From contig NC_088855.1 in NCBI RefSeq assembly GCF_963853765.1, positions 51,832,001 to 51,896,000 of the forward strand: a stretch of DNA of 64,000 nucleotides. Direction: 5' to 3'. A program made the position numbers and the translations under genes. The notes under the pieces are model-generated. The model saw only the letters and a program-made list of their open reading frames with translations, was not told the origin of the DNA and did not search any database. Below, piece by piece: positions 34,607 through 47,829 of this stretch; position 1 is the first letter of the stretch; every line of letters begins with the position of its first letter. Source of the DNA: Magallana gigas. Taxonomy: Eukaryota.

Positions 34607-37600
34607 TATCACCGTGTAGTTGGGGCTCTGGTTATAACTAATAATATTCAACCTGAAATACAGGACAGGAGACAATATAAAATTCACTTCTTTATTATTC
34701 GGAGTCCGTCGCAAAAGTGTGTAATCAATAATTATTATAAACACTACTTATACAAAATGAAATATTAATCTTAAAAGGGGAGAATTAGCTTACAATAGTT
34801 ATGCTTGGCTATGAGAGGGAATTGAAAGCAACAAACCAAAAAATGAAAATAACATGTTATTGTTTCCATCAACAATTTCCGGTCAACACCACACAAGATC
34901 ATGACTTCCGGTTACGGGGGGGGGGGGGGATAGGTGGCTATCAAAGCTTACACACCTAGTCCAGCTTTACTAAAAATCTAATATACTATACGTAATTATA
35001 AAAACAGCGGATGTCTTCAAAGCATATATTTAATTAGCTCGAATGGCACAAATTGATTAAACAACTGTGCGTGTGAATTATCGACTGATGGCCTCAAGTT
35101 ATTTATCTAAGTAAATTTTATGTAAAATTGATTAAAGTAAATAAATATAAAATATAAGTTTTCAAAATTAAAGATATAATAAATTATGTGGAACTTATAA
35201 TAAATTATAAGGTAAGGGTCAAAAATAGAAAAATATATTTGAGGGTCAAAATGACACTATGATAATTCCCTCTTGGTCAGAAAAATCTTTGTCCTCAAAG
35301 ATAAAAATGAAACATACACTTTTCAGGTAATGAGAAAAAAACAAATGAAGTAATATGTACAACAGAAGTTAATACAATAGTGCAATAAAAATAAAATGCA
35401 CATACCCAAACATAGGTACAATGAACACTAAAATTCAAACGCTGAAAAATAATTCTCAATTACTCACAAGTCATGCCAAGATGTTGCAAGGAAGATTAGA
35501 TGGCTCTTACAAAATTTGGAAATATTGGTGGTGCGACAACAGGAAATATGCTGTGTATGGATGCCACCTAGTAGTATAAAGTAGGGATAAGGAAGTTAAA
35601 GATTGTGTACAGTGTAAAATTATGTCAGTATTAGTAGGTGCCTTTACTGAGAAGCACTAAATTAATAATTTTGCAAATCATTAAAATTTTAACACAATTT
35701 GATACAATGTACACAGTGAGAAGGGTAAAGGAGAAAATGTGGGTTAGAGGTGGAATGGATTAAAAGGTGTTCTCATGTTTCATTGGGTTCTTGCTTTATA
35801 CTAAGCATGGCAGTCTTGTGCGCAAATGGTTTAAATCTTTCACTTAAAAGATCCTGGAACCCTTGCAAGTTTTGTAACTGTCCTGGGATGATGGTCTGAA
35901 ACCATGTTCCAGCACTGCCATCTAGAAGACAAGGAATATAGTCAAGAACAGCATTGTCAGTAATCCTATGGAACTTCTGCCACGCACTGAGCTTGGATAA
36001 CCCAATACATGGTGATTCAGTGCCATTAAATTTTGATAATTGGGCAATAGTAGCCATGTTTGTTAGGTTAATTGAATCTGATGGAATGCTATCACTGATA
36101 TAAAGTTGTTCAGAAAACTGCTGATCTTCGGTTCTATCTGCTTTTCGAGAATCAATGTGTTGATGCTCTGTATCCTCAGCTGCGATATGTTTTCACGGTC
36201 CTCTGTTTGTTGGCCTGCTTCTTCGGTAATTGCAGGCTCGTTAAAATGAACCTGCACGTCCTCAGCTGGTAAGTTGGTTTCACTCAAGTGAATATGTTCC
36301 TCTGTTTCCACAAGAGGATGGTCTGCCCCAGTTTCTTGATGGCCAGCAGCGTTGTCCAACGTTGGTTGCTGCTGGGACTCAGCGGTACTGGACTGGGAGT
36401 GTTGTCCTGTCTCTGTATCCTCTGGTGAGGTTAGGAAGCTGGGAGTCCTATTCCTCAGGTTGTAGTTCAGTGGTCTGTCTGTTTGCTTTCATCCGGGATT
36501 TTTCGGATCTCTGCACCAACTTATCACTGTGTGATTGGGGCTCTGGTGATAACTAATAATATTCAACCTGAAGTACAGGACAAGAGACAATATAAAATTC
36601 ACTTCTTTATTATTCGGAGTCCGTCGCAAAAGTGTGTAATCAATAATTATTTTAAACACAATAAAAGATATAAAACAATGGTACATTGCATGTTTAAAAT
36701 GAATGTGCATAATGATGTCACAGAAAAGTTCATGTGTTAATTAAAAACACCATTATATAATCACACAATTCATATCAGGTACAATAACATGTCTACTATA
36801 AATCTTTATCAAGAAAATAAATGAATAAAGTCAAAATGTAATATTAATCTTAAAAGGGGAGAATTAGCTTACAATAGCTATGCTTGGGTATGAGAGGGGA
36901 TTGAAAGCAACAGACCAAAAATAGAAAATCACAGGTTATTGTTTACATCAACAATTTGCGGTCAACACCACACAAGATCATGACTTCCGGTTACGGGGGG
37001 GGGGGGGGGGGTGGTGGCTATCAAAGCTTACACACCTAGTCCAGCTTTACTAAAAATCTAATAAACTATGCGTAATTATAAAAACAGCGGATGTCTTCGA
37101 AGCGTAGGATGGCACTAATTAAATTAACAACTGTGCGTGTGAATTATCGACTGATTGCCTCAACTTATTTATCTTAGTATATCTTATGTAAAATTGATTA
37201 AATTAAATAAATATAAAATATAAGTTTTCAAAATTAAAGATATAATAAATTATGTGGAACTTATAATAAATTATAAGGTAAGGGTCAAAAATAGAAAAAT
37301 ATATTTGAGGGTCAAAATGACACTATGATAATTCCCTCTTGGTCAGAGAAATCTTTGTCCTCAAAGATAAAAATGAAACATACACTTTTCAGGTAATGAG
37401 AAAAAAAAATTTGAGAAAAAAAATGAAGTAATATGTACAACAGAAGTTAATACAATAGTGCAATAAAAATAAAATGCACATACCAAAACATACGTACAAT
37501 GAACACTAAAATTCAAACGCTGAAAAAAAATTCTCAATTACTCACAAGTCATGCCAAGATGTTGCAAGGAATATTAGATGGCTCTTACAAAATTTGGAAA

Positions 37601-37831
37601 TATTGGTGGTGCGACAACAGGAAATATGCTGTGTGTGGATGCCACCTAGTAGTATAAAATAGGAATAAGGAAAGGTAAAGATTGTGTATAGTGTAAAAAT
37701 TATGTCAGTATTAGTAGGTGCCTTTACTGAGAAGCACTTAATTTATCATTTTCCAAATCACTAAAATTTTAACACAATTTGATACAATGTATACATTGAG
37801 AAGAGTTAAGGAGAAAGAGGGGGTTAGAGGT
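34607..37831 (-). mobile_element. Internally deleted LTR-retrotransposon-like remnant (Ty3/Gypsy-like gag fragment)
   Basis: Direct repeats 34607-35751 and 36522-37831 (roughly 90% alike by eye) flank degenerate ORFs 36359-36063 and 36057-35773 (IPCLLDGSAGTWF..., gag-capsid-like). TGGTGCAGAG at 36518-36509 resembles an initiator-Met primer binding site (TGGTAGCAGAG) with one base missing. No pol, polypurine tract or target-site duplication seen. Confidence 0.7.
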
Positions 37832-38518
37832 AGCTGCAGAACTGTAGCTCTCCGGGAAAAAAATATTGACAGACCGGAGAGCTACAGGGCCACCCATTGA
37901 AAAAATTGTATATTTATTGCGCAGAAAAACGTGCGCTAGTTTTCGACTGATTTACCTTATTTCTACGCAAATTCTGTAAAAGCAATTAGTACCATTAAAT
38001 TTTTCATGAAATTTACTACTGATATCGTCTCTTCACTTGCCTCGATCGAGAGAGAGAGAGAGAGAATTGCTCTAAATATTGAAAACATTCTTCCAGTTTC
38101 CCAAGGCCTCATCGAATAGTACTTGTCTGTTATTTCTACAAGCAATTTACCTTTTTACCTATTTGTGTCATACATGATAATGTATGCAATTATATAGCCC
38201 TCTCTTATTTTACTTTTATTTATTGTCAGATAAAAAATCGGAGAGGGTTGCTATAAAATAAGCTTACGGAAATCTGTAATGAACTTACGTCTGATACAAA
38301 TATTTTTAATACACCTCTGACGAAAATTTTAAGGGTCCTCCACACCTTCAAACTTTCGGATAAACGCCCAGACTTCTCTTTTCCCTAGAGTCTAGCATTC
38401 GTTCATAATATGGCAGAAAAAAGGTTCAATTTTTTAGGGAAAAGCAACTTTTAAAAATTCATCGCTATTCATAAAAACACGTCCTTACTAGGGACTGCGG
38501 GTCATAAGACAGAATTGC

Positions 38519-40074
38519 AGACGTTTAGGCCCCAACATGTTTAGGCCCCAAGACGGTTAGGCCCCAGGTAAGATGTTTAAGGCCCCAACATGTTTAGGCC
38601 CCAACATGTTTAGGCACCTATTGTTTATGATAATACATGTAACTGATAGTTGAAAGAACATGGCTTTTAAGCACTTTGGAGCCAATAAATGCAATTTACT
38701 TTAATTTGTAGTAAACTAACAATCGTTACGCAAACATGGCGTTGTTTACCTTATATACAAGTTCTTGAAAAACTTTAATCACGAAAAACATTATGCTATA
38801 AACTTGCATGCACACGCTATCAATGATAGTATCATCCAGCATGGTTATGTGTCCGTGCTTTAAATAAGTTAATACCGTGATCAAATCATACTATCATCAC
38901 AAAGAAACGAACAAATGTTATATAAGGGGAAGTATTTCATTATTGATATTTCAAGAAAAGAAAACAAATTATTATATTTTTTTCTATTATTGGAATTATA
39001 CAACACTTGAATGTCATTAAATTGTTCAGTAAGCTTATTTATGGCAACTGATTTATACATAATATTTTTAAGAACCCTTATATATCCCAAAAGAATTCAC
39101 CTACTTATTACCCAAATACAAGTTCAATTCAATTCTTTATTCGCTCAAGACCAGTTCACTGGTATTTGAGGTTCAAAATCAGTATATACAAATGTACACG
39201 AACACAGTCAAGGATCACATGTACAGTAGGAGTAATAATGACAAAAAAAGGTTAAAATCACAATACAATAGGTTGTTAACATTAAAGTTGGTTTCTGGAA
39301 GAACATACTTTGAAAATTTTCTTAAGAGAAGGCTCTGGAATGCTTTAAGGTCTGCTGGGGTAATAATTGTAAAGCGCTTTGAGAAATGGTTCGCCAATTT
39401 TAAAAGCGCTATATAAAAACTTGCAATTATATTAATTAATTAATAGATATTGACAAGTTTTTCTTCATGTACATTAAAAGTATCCATGAGTGAAATATTA
39501 TTTCTGTGATCATATTTGTACAATGAAAGGATATCTCCCCAAATTATGTAATTTTTCTGCCAATGAAGCTTAACTTGTATTTGGCCTGTCTTCTTTTGGA
39601 GACCCGTCTCTTCGTGGTTTACTTCCAAAGTGAGGTGTGAAACCCTCATTGTATTACTAGAGGAGCAGGATACGGTGGGGGTGTTGTTTTAACAATTTAA
39701 TTCATGTCATACACAAAGTAAATGAAAGTCTTTACCGTTTCTTTGATCTCTAATTAGAAAATTAATTATAGAAAATAATATGATGTGACAAAATAATATG
39801 ATATTTAAAAAATAATAAATTATGCATAAAATGTACTTCTTTATAATTTTTAAAGTAAATGAAGTTTTAAATAATAAAATGTAAATTATAATTAACTTAT
39901 ACAATTGTATGCTGGTGCCTAAACCATTATTCATTTAAAAAATAAAATGAAAATTATAATTATAATTAACTTAGAAAAATGTAGGCTGGTGCCTAAACAT
40001 CTTGGGTCCTAAACATGTTGGGGCCTAAGCGTCTTATCAATGAAGGGCCTAAACATCTTGGGGCCTAAAAGTCT
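38519..40074. mobile_element. Foldback-like DNA element (about 1.55 kb) with inverted arrays of about 17-bp units
   Basis: Six TTTAGGCCCCAACATG-like units at 38519-38619 and inverted copies at 39988-40074. Termini AGAC...GTCT, flanked on both sides by TGC. Confidence 0.65.
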
Positions 40075-40593
40075 TGCTAGACGCTATACCCAGTGTGCTA
40101 CAGAAATGAATTAGACGAATCGGATATTAAACAGTTCCACAAAAGGCTAAAATTGCAATGTTGGGCCTACTGTCATAAAATGTGAATCACAGCGAGTAGT
40201 TGTACAATGTAATGATGTTTTGCTAGTTGCATGCAGTTAGGAACTGGTTACTTGAAAAATTAACGAATAACGATTTATGATAAATGATTATTAATAGTCT
40301 CTTTATGTCCCTTAAGATTTGTTATAACAGTAACTGAGTTTTCTCTTTTTTTTTGTTTCATTGTTGATAACAAAGGTATACTTTTTTATTTTGTGAAGTA
40401 GTTTTGGAAACAGGGAAAAGAAAGTTTACAATACTAAATTAATAAGTCAAATTTTAAGCAATGGTAAAAATATGACATGACTTCTTTTGATGGTTTTGAA
40501 AAATACAAGTGAAAACACAATAACTTTAGTAATAAATCAAAATAAAAGACAACTTATTTTCATATAAAATTTTTATTACTAATTTTACATCAT

Positions 40594-41917
40594 CTATCGA
40601 TACTTGAACCTCTTTCTGACTCGTTTTCCTCTCTTGTAATTGTATTTTTTTCTCAAAAACTTGATTCGTTTTAAAATTTTCTCCAGTTCGGAAGGGAAAT
40701 TATCAGCGAGATATCTTCCCTCAAATCGCAGTCTTCTGTTCAATCGGCCCAGCTCGTTAGCATTATAGCCAATCAGGAAGGCAGGGCCCTTAATCAAATC
40801 CACTGGATGAATTGTACCATCTCCAAGTATATCTGAGATAATAAAACAAATCATGAAATGAACATGACATGTGAATTAATATTCATACATTGATTTTTTT
40901 TTCAATACAATAGTTTCTTCATATACATATTAAATATAGGGCATGATTTTCTCTTCAGATTAAAAAATTGTTGAATTGTTTAGAATATGCATGTACAAAT
41001 GTAGACAATATACTTGAATGAAAGTAAAGTCAAAGGAAACTAACAAACAAACAAGACACAACATGCACCTGTTCAGGATGGAAACTCTGGTCTTCACAGA
41101 TACATATTTTTGACTATATTACAAAATTTAAGAGAAAATTCCAATGGATTGTTATCTAAACTAATGCAAAAAGGAAGAACTGTTTCCGAGACTTCTGAAA
41201 TGTTCCATACTGGCTTCAAATCTTGACTTTCAATATAATATCTAATACTTTTCAAATGCAATGTACTGTAATTTTTGCAATATTTTGGGGAAGACAGATT
41301 TTGATATACATCAGAGATTATTAACCAAAACAAATAGGTGATATAGAAATTGTGGACAAATGCATGAAAAATTTGCATATTGATTAAAGCGGCCTGGTCA
41401 CAATTTTGGTCAAATTTTATTTTTCTGTTTTCATTATTTACAATGCTTTAAAAATGCATTTCTAATGATCAAATAAAATTTGGGTGCCAGTCAATGAGTT
41501 TTAAGCAATATACAGGGCTCACAATTCTTCTTCATGTAAACAAGGCTTGTGCCCTGTTTTTGTTTACATAGATTCAATAAACCAATAAAAAATCTCTTTC
41601 AAGCTGATTTGTCTATCTTCTTATTCATTTTAAGCATTAATAAACAGTTTCTAATGATTAACCGATTCATTTGATGTCCAAAACTGGAATTTTTACTTCT
41701 ACATTCGAAATGTAAACAAAAGCTTTGTTTTCATAGTGAATAATTGTAAGCTCTGTAACTCGCTTATAACTCAACAAATGACTCTCCAATTCTGGTTGCC
41801 TATTAAAAATGCCTTACTGAAGCATTGTAAACATCAAAATCGAAAAATAATTTTTTACCAAAATCATGACCATGCCCCTTTAAGTATATAGTAACAGTAG
41901 TTTAATATAATATACAT

Positions 41918-41951
<34 letters not shown>

Positions 41952-42048
41952 GAAGGATAATTGTGTTTGCCAGGGGGGGTCCGAGGCATATTTTCGCGAT
42001 AATTTTACTATGTAAATTTAATAAATTTTCATTTTCCAGGGGGGGTCG

Positions 42049-42083
<35 letters not shown>

Positions 42084-42834
42084 ATATAAATCTAAATAAA
42101 CATATAATAAAGCCAATACGCCCAATTTTGAGTTGAACATCTGTGTGAGACAGAACTAACCTATATAGTCATTGGCTCCCTGTAAAGCTGACTTGTCCGA
42201 CCATTTGTCCTTGTAATTGAATGGTAATTGATGCTTCAACTCTTTGTTAACTCGTGGCAAGGTAGCTGAGGAAATCAACAATGGTATATGTATATATTTA
42301 CATCCACTAAGTAATAATTATGATTCCCTCTATTTCTTACAGAAATTGAATGTAATGCACAGCTCTATAGAAACTCACAGGACTGAAATCTACATGCTCC
42401 AGTTCTAACCAGTCTATTGATTGATTGAAATATACCGAAAAAAAGAATATTTTCAACATATTTTAGGTTAGCTTTGTTTCTCTTATTGATAGTGGGACAA
42501 TTTAAACAGAAAATTGCAATCTATGAATGGTATTTTTAACACAGGGTTTTCTGTGATTCTTACGTCCAAAACGCGTCGAGGTAACAAACTGGAAACGTTT
42601 CGGCCAATGTCTTCTATACGGGGACTGTGGCTCATATTTTCTGTCCCCATCTCCAATTACAATGGCATCTTGTTTTGGCTCTCGTAAATGAACTGCGCTT
42701 CCATGAAACTGTTTAGTTGCTGTGAGGCATAATGTTGGATGGTCCTGTTGTTTAAAGAGTTTTTCTGTGAAGTTGGTGGGTTTAATTGTCTTGCATAATG
42801 TGGCAATGGAACAAAACTTCTTAACTATAAACAT
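40594..42834 (-). CDS. MRPL51: Mitochondrial ribosomal protein L51 / bL31m-mL51 family (about 204 aa, 3 coding exons)
   Basis: Exons 42834-42564, 42265-42161, 40832-40594, phases consistent (615 nt). KWSDKSALQGANDYIDILGDGTIHPVDLIKGPAFLIGYNANELGR matches my recollection of the MRPL51 motif (RWNEKRAMFGVYDNIGILG..HPKELIRGP.WL.G.KGNELQR). Probable 5'UTR exon ending 43548 (AG|GTGAG). Confidence 0.88.
41388..41879. mobile_element. Non-autonomous DNA transposon with TTAA target duplication (Kolobok-like)
   Basis: TTAA at 41384-41387 and 41880-41883. Imperfect TIRs AGCGGCCTGGTCACAATTTTGGT versus AGGGGCATGGTCATGATTTTGGT (reverse complement of the right end). Confidence 0.75.
41915..42083. mobile_element. 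MITE with CATGCGCGGATC terminal inverted repeats
   Basis: CATGCGCGGATC...GATCCGCGCATG with G/C tracts inside and ATATA on both flanks. Degenerate relatives at ~5725-5965, ~57870-58010 and ~58340-58517. Confidence 0.8.
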
Positions 42835-43669
42835 CCTGGACTAAGATATATAATTTGGCATTATCTACAAAATAAATTTGTTAAAGTCTCATAAAAAATA
42901 ATTAATCATCATATCCCTGATCCAAATATATGGCCAGAAATTAGTCCTGAATTTTAACCCTTTCTATTTGTATCAGGAACATTGGTTACATAGGTTACAA
43001 TGCCTGATTACAAATGAATTATAAACTGTATTCATTGTATGTAATGCAGTTGTCACAGGTTGCAGTGGTAACATTGGTTACTGTAATACAGATTTGACTA
43101 TACCAGGTAGAAAATTAACAGTTTTGTCATACATGTTACTTCATCACCAGAAAACAGTGCTTTTTTATTGGTTACAAATGAACTGATGTAAAAGTCAAGA
43201 CTAATTTCTGGTCATTTAGTTGCATGCATAACAGTGTTTCCATTCTCATAGAATGCCAGGAATAAAACCTTACATGACGTTACACTATGCTCTGTAATAA
43301 AACATCTATTTTTATCTCTTAAAACTATGTGGCACTAGACAGTACCTGAATAAAACTTGTAAAAGATGGAGTGGATAAGAGAAAATTCGAACTACCCACG
43401 CTTTTGTATTGACTATTCTGCATTGTCTATGCAATTCAATGAATGCGTTTGCATTTCATAAACCAGTTTTCATGATATAAACAAATATATTGTAAAAAAA
43501 AATTACAATATAATTCATAACAAAATACAATTATAATTTGTTCTCACCTTTTATTTTGCTGGTGTTGTTTGCTTTAATGAAAATATCTGAGGTATATCCG
43601 AAGTGGAAATCAAGGTTAAATCCTTGAAGCAATGAATATAGTGAGTATTAAACCCATAGTTCAATATGT

Positions 43670-43742
43670 GGGGAATTAGCTCAAGTGGTAGAGCGCTCGC
43701 TTAGCATGTGAGAGGTACCGGGATCGATACCCGGATTCTCCA
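43670..43742 (+). tRNA. tRNA-Ala(AGC): tRNA-Ala, anticodon AGC
   Basis: 73 nt GGGGAATTAGCTCAAGTGGTAGAGCGCTCGCTTAGCATGTGAGAGGTACCGGGATCGATACCCGGATTCTCCA. Cloverleaf folds, AGC at 43703-43705, intact A and B boxes, T-run terminator a few bases downstream. Confidence 0.96.
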
Positions 43743-45986
43743 AAATTTTTCACATTACTTTATAGCTTTTGATTTTTTCTATACAATAGAACTTTGGAAG
43801 TACTATAAACACCCCTGCGAATGTTATTGTCATTTAAATTTTAGACCACGTGGTTTTATTTGACCCTTTCAGTTTTGCAGTAAAAATCCCCGTGCCTCGT
43901 GTTTATAGTCTATTTTATAGAATCTAGGTACTTGTTGTCAAATATAAATTCTAGACGTATATTGATTTTAAACTTTATTTTCATTAATTGGTGGATAAAA
44001 TGTGTTCTAGAAATAAATGTGACAATACAAAACTTAGTTTTTTTCTGCTGTTGCAACAATTACATGCGTAAAAGAGATCCTCCCTATGAATTAATTTTCG
44101 ATCCGCGCCTGACCTAGTAATAACATCAATAGTGAAAGAGACTATACTATTTTATGCAGAATGTTCCTTGAAAATGGCTCGATATACTAAGTTTTTATGT
44201 AAAACATTCACCCATTATTTTTTTTAAAACATAGTATTGCACACCACAAGCATCAGACATGGCTATGATTTTATTTAGCAACCCAATGTTTATATTTTCA
44301 ACCACTCTACACGTGGTTGAACACGAACGATAACTCTGTTCTAAATAGCATCGTTAAATTTAAATAACCGCTAGATGGTGAAATAAGACATACATCTTAA
44401 AAGATGTTCATGTTTTAAAATAAATCAAAGTAGGACATGATATGAACATTGACCAGTACTTACGTATTTTGAGAATATTATCCGAACACTTATAGCTCTA
44501 AGAACCAGTGTGCGCGGGAAAAAGAACGAGCTAAACCTACAGTTCATCAAACAAATTTTTTTGTCTACGTCCCATAATGCTCTCTAATGTTTTCACCCGT
44601 GGTGCTATGCCAAAAATGGCCGACTTTTAACTCGTAATTTACGGTGTCTTAAGGTTTGAAGACACGTTTTGAGTACCGCATATGCTTTGGCGAGACTCAA
44701 GAAATTTGTTACATGCTTCCATACCTTCGTATTTTGAGTCGAGATACGTAAACAAAGACGAACAAATCATGGATGACGTCACAGTGCTCTCGCTCTATAT
44801 TTCCCGCGATAAATTTAGAGGTGGATCAAACATCTGTAATGCGTTTACTAGCTATTTCAGTATAGACTGCGATACCTGCCTCATTGACATATGATTTGTT
44901 TTTATTTATTTTTTTACATAGAGATTATATAAATAAATACTAGCAAGAGCCATACTTTATACTCAATTTTTAAGCTAATTGTGCATGCATGTACAGTAGG
45001 CAGGTAAGTATATGAGTAGGCAGGAAATAAACAATAGGACATTTTGAACTAAATAAAAAGGAATAAAGAGAAAAAATAAACAGTTAAAAAATTTATGTAG
45101 AAATTGCATATAGTCAAACCATTAAATTTAAAGGTGGGAAATTACACACCTACAAGGGGTGTTGCGCTGTATGTATCATAACCATTAAAATTAGTACCTT
45201 TGGCATACTCATTGTAGAGCAATACTCTCTCAAAAATTCTTTGACGTTCGGTGATACTCAAATAACACTAGGTTGACAATGATGCAAGGTATGTGTAATT
45301 CTTGCTGCGCTCGCCAGAACGGTAGCACCGTAAAACATATTACTTCCGCTCGAAATTTCACAGGAACTGAACCAATCTCGGTAAAGTCTCGTGAACTTTC
45401 ATTCGAGCACCTCTGGATTTATTATATACTTAGCAACGATAAAGAAAACATTCCGAACTCATTCGCAGGGGTGATAAATATGAAATTTTACAGGTAGGAA
45501 TATAATTCAAAGAAACATACATGTACGTTCTCTTTTTTGTGTGGAAGATCAGTGTTCAGTACGCGGGGGTGTTAAGGAAGCATATGGAATCTCAGTTACA
45601 TGTAATTCCGTGAAATCACAAATCTTAGTTATCATGTACATATTCAAATATCTAAGCAACGAAATGTAGACCAAATACAAATAAAAAATACTGAAGACAA
45701 TTTTTTTCAGAAATTAGTTTGTATTACGCAGATTTACACATTTATGACGTCACGACTAAAAGTTGAATGACGTGTGAATTTGATCGGAAAGCATTGTAAA
45801 CATATTCAAAATATAACTAATCTAAGAACTCTAATAAAGTATTGTGGTGTGATTTACTGAGAATTGGACATAAGAATACTGGGAGAGATGTTAGTTTTAT
45901 CAATCATTCGCTAAAAGGTATGTAAATTTGCTTTTATTTCTCGGCCAGGCTTTCCTCTGTCGTTGTTTACGATATAAAAATCCGAC

Positions 45987-46282
45987 TAGAACAACACTAC
46001 CCCGTATATATTGAACTTGAAATGTTATACGTATCGCTAGTCTGATAAATGCTTAAATTGAAAAGTGCTGCTAGAATCCCATGTTTTGTGTTGTTTTGAT
46101 GCAACACACCATTTTCCGTGCAGACTTTTTATAAGTTGGGAAGGTTTTACGAGAGCCGGATGAATAACTATTTAATTAAGTAGAACATAGAATTCTAGCA
46201 GCGGTTTTGATTAAACTGAGATGATTTGCTTTCACTTGGTATGTTTATTTTATTTTGGAAACCGCGGGGTAGTGTTGTTCTA
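45987..46282. mobile_element. About 300-bp element with nested inverted repeats
   Basis: Perfect 18-bp inverted repeat TAGAACAACACTACCCCG (45987-46004) / CGGGGTAGTGTTGTTCTA (46265-46282). Inner pair GCTGCTAGAAT / ATTCTAGCAGC. Confidence 0.65.
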
Positions 46283-46676
46283 TCTCATTTTATGTTAAGG
46301 AATATACGTAGGCTATTTATAGTTGTCACGTGATAATGCACCGATGTGGCAGTAATGTACTACCCGATTTCATTGCACTGCCATCTATTTTAAAGGATAA
46401 TATTAAGTTTTTGATCTTATTCAAAATAGTTATTCAATTTCACGATTTTAAATATAACAGTCAAAATAAGACACTCAATTGCCCATATGCTTCCTTAACA
46501 CCCCCGCGTATGTCCGTCATCCAGATCCATGCCTTTCCTATATAAAGCTTATATAAAGTTACCCCCCACCCCCCCCCCCCCCCCCACCCCCCAAAAAAAA
46601 AGATGCTGGAGTATTTGGCGTTTAAGGTCAAGATCTAGTATATGAAAAGTGCCTACAGGTTCATAGAATTTAAGAT

Positions 46677-47619
46677 ACTAGACTTTGACCCGTGCGTGCA
46701 CGGGTTGACATTGCATATCGAACATTTAGAAATAGGTACATCGATACACCTTATTATTGACATTTACATAACAAAGCTATAAGCCTACAATAATGCTATT
46801 AATTTCACTACACTTTCCTTAGTTAATTGAATAACCTAACTGTGTCTCGGGAAAAGCCCCTCCCTTACTTATACCCGTAAAGTAGCAGAAAATTGCAGAA
46901 TCGCTCTGGAACGATTTTGGAGAAAGTTAATGAATGATGTTGCCTTGAAAATAACAGTCAAATACATCACAACAAACCTTTTTGAGACTGCAAATACCTT
47001 TCAACTAAAAATTTTAATCCATAGAATGGAAGAACTCAACACCTTTTCACCAACGTAATCGTATATTCTTTGTAAAACTGGGTCTGTAGGACATTATTCA
47101 TTTTTACGATAAAACATATTCTATCTTCACTCTCCTAACAAATATAATGTAACATTTTTGCATGTAATCAAATATTTTTTGTCATCACGAAGATGAAAGT
47201 AAGTGCTTAGTTGAAATGTATACTTTCTCTCATAAGAAATCATTAATTTATATGAACAAAATATATAGCGAAAGTCCAATGAAAATTTACCCGTATTTGT
47301 ATTATCATTTCTGAGTTTATTCAGGCAGATGTGATATTGTGGAAACAAATATAAACTAAAGATCCCGTTAGTGTGAATGTATATTGCGCAAGTGCAAGAT
47401 TGTAAAATCCAAAAAATCCAGGTGATTTCCGGGATTTTTTGAGGAATTTTCGTTGATTATTAATTAGCGAAGCTAAACTGAGAAAAAATAAAAACAAATT
47501 GGTAATCTTCAAGTACCAAAGATGTTTAAAATATATAAAACAAAAGACAGTATTCTTCCGATTTCTCGGTATTAAAGACTAAAAATTCGAGTCTATTATT
47601 TTAATATAGTAGTATAGAT
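46677..47619 (+). mobile_element. Non-autonomous Helitron-like element
   Basis: Starts ACTAG followed by hairpin CCCGTGCGTGCACGGG and ends TTTAATATAGTAGTATAGAT. These termini are typical of small animal rolling-circle elements (from recollection of such families). Confidence 0.55.
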
Positions 47620-47829
47620 AATTTTTTTTCAATGATGCTTCATAACGATAGGGTGTATCGGGCCAAAAGTTTTTGGTAAACACAATGAAAAATCATATTT
47701 TAAACTGTCATATTCAATGAAATATGAATGATATATGGAACAAATATCGGAGTTATCTAGAATCCATACAGTCTCTCCAAAAACGGAATTAAACAAGCTC
47801 TTGACCTCCTCTTTAAAATGATGTCAAAT

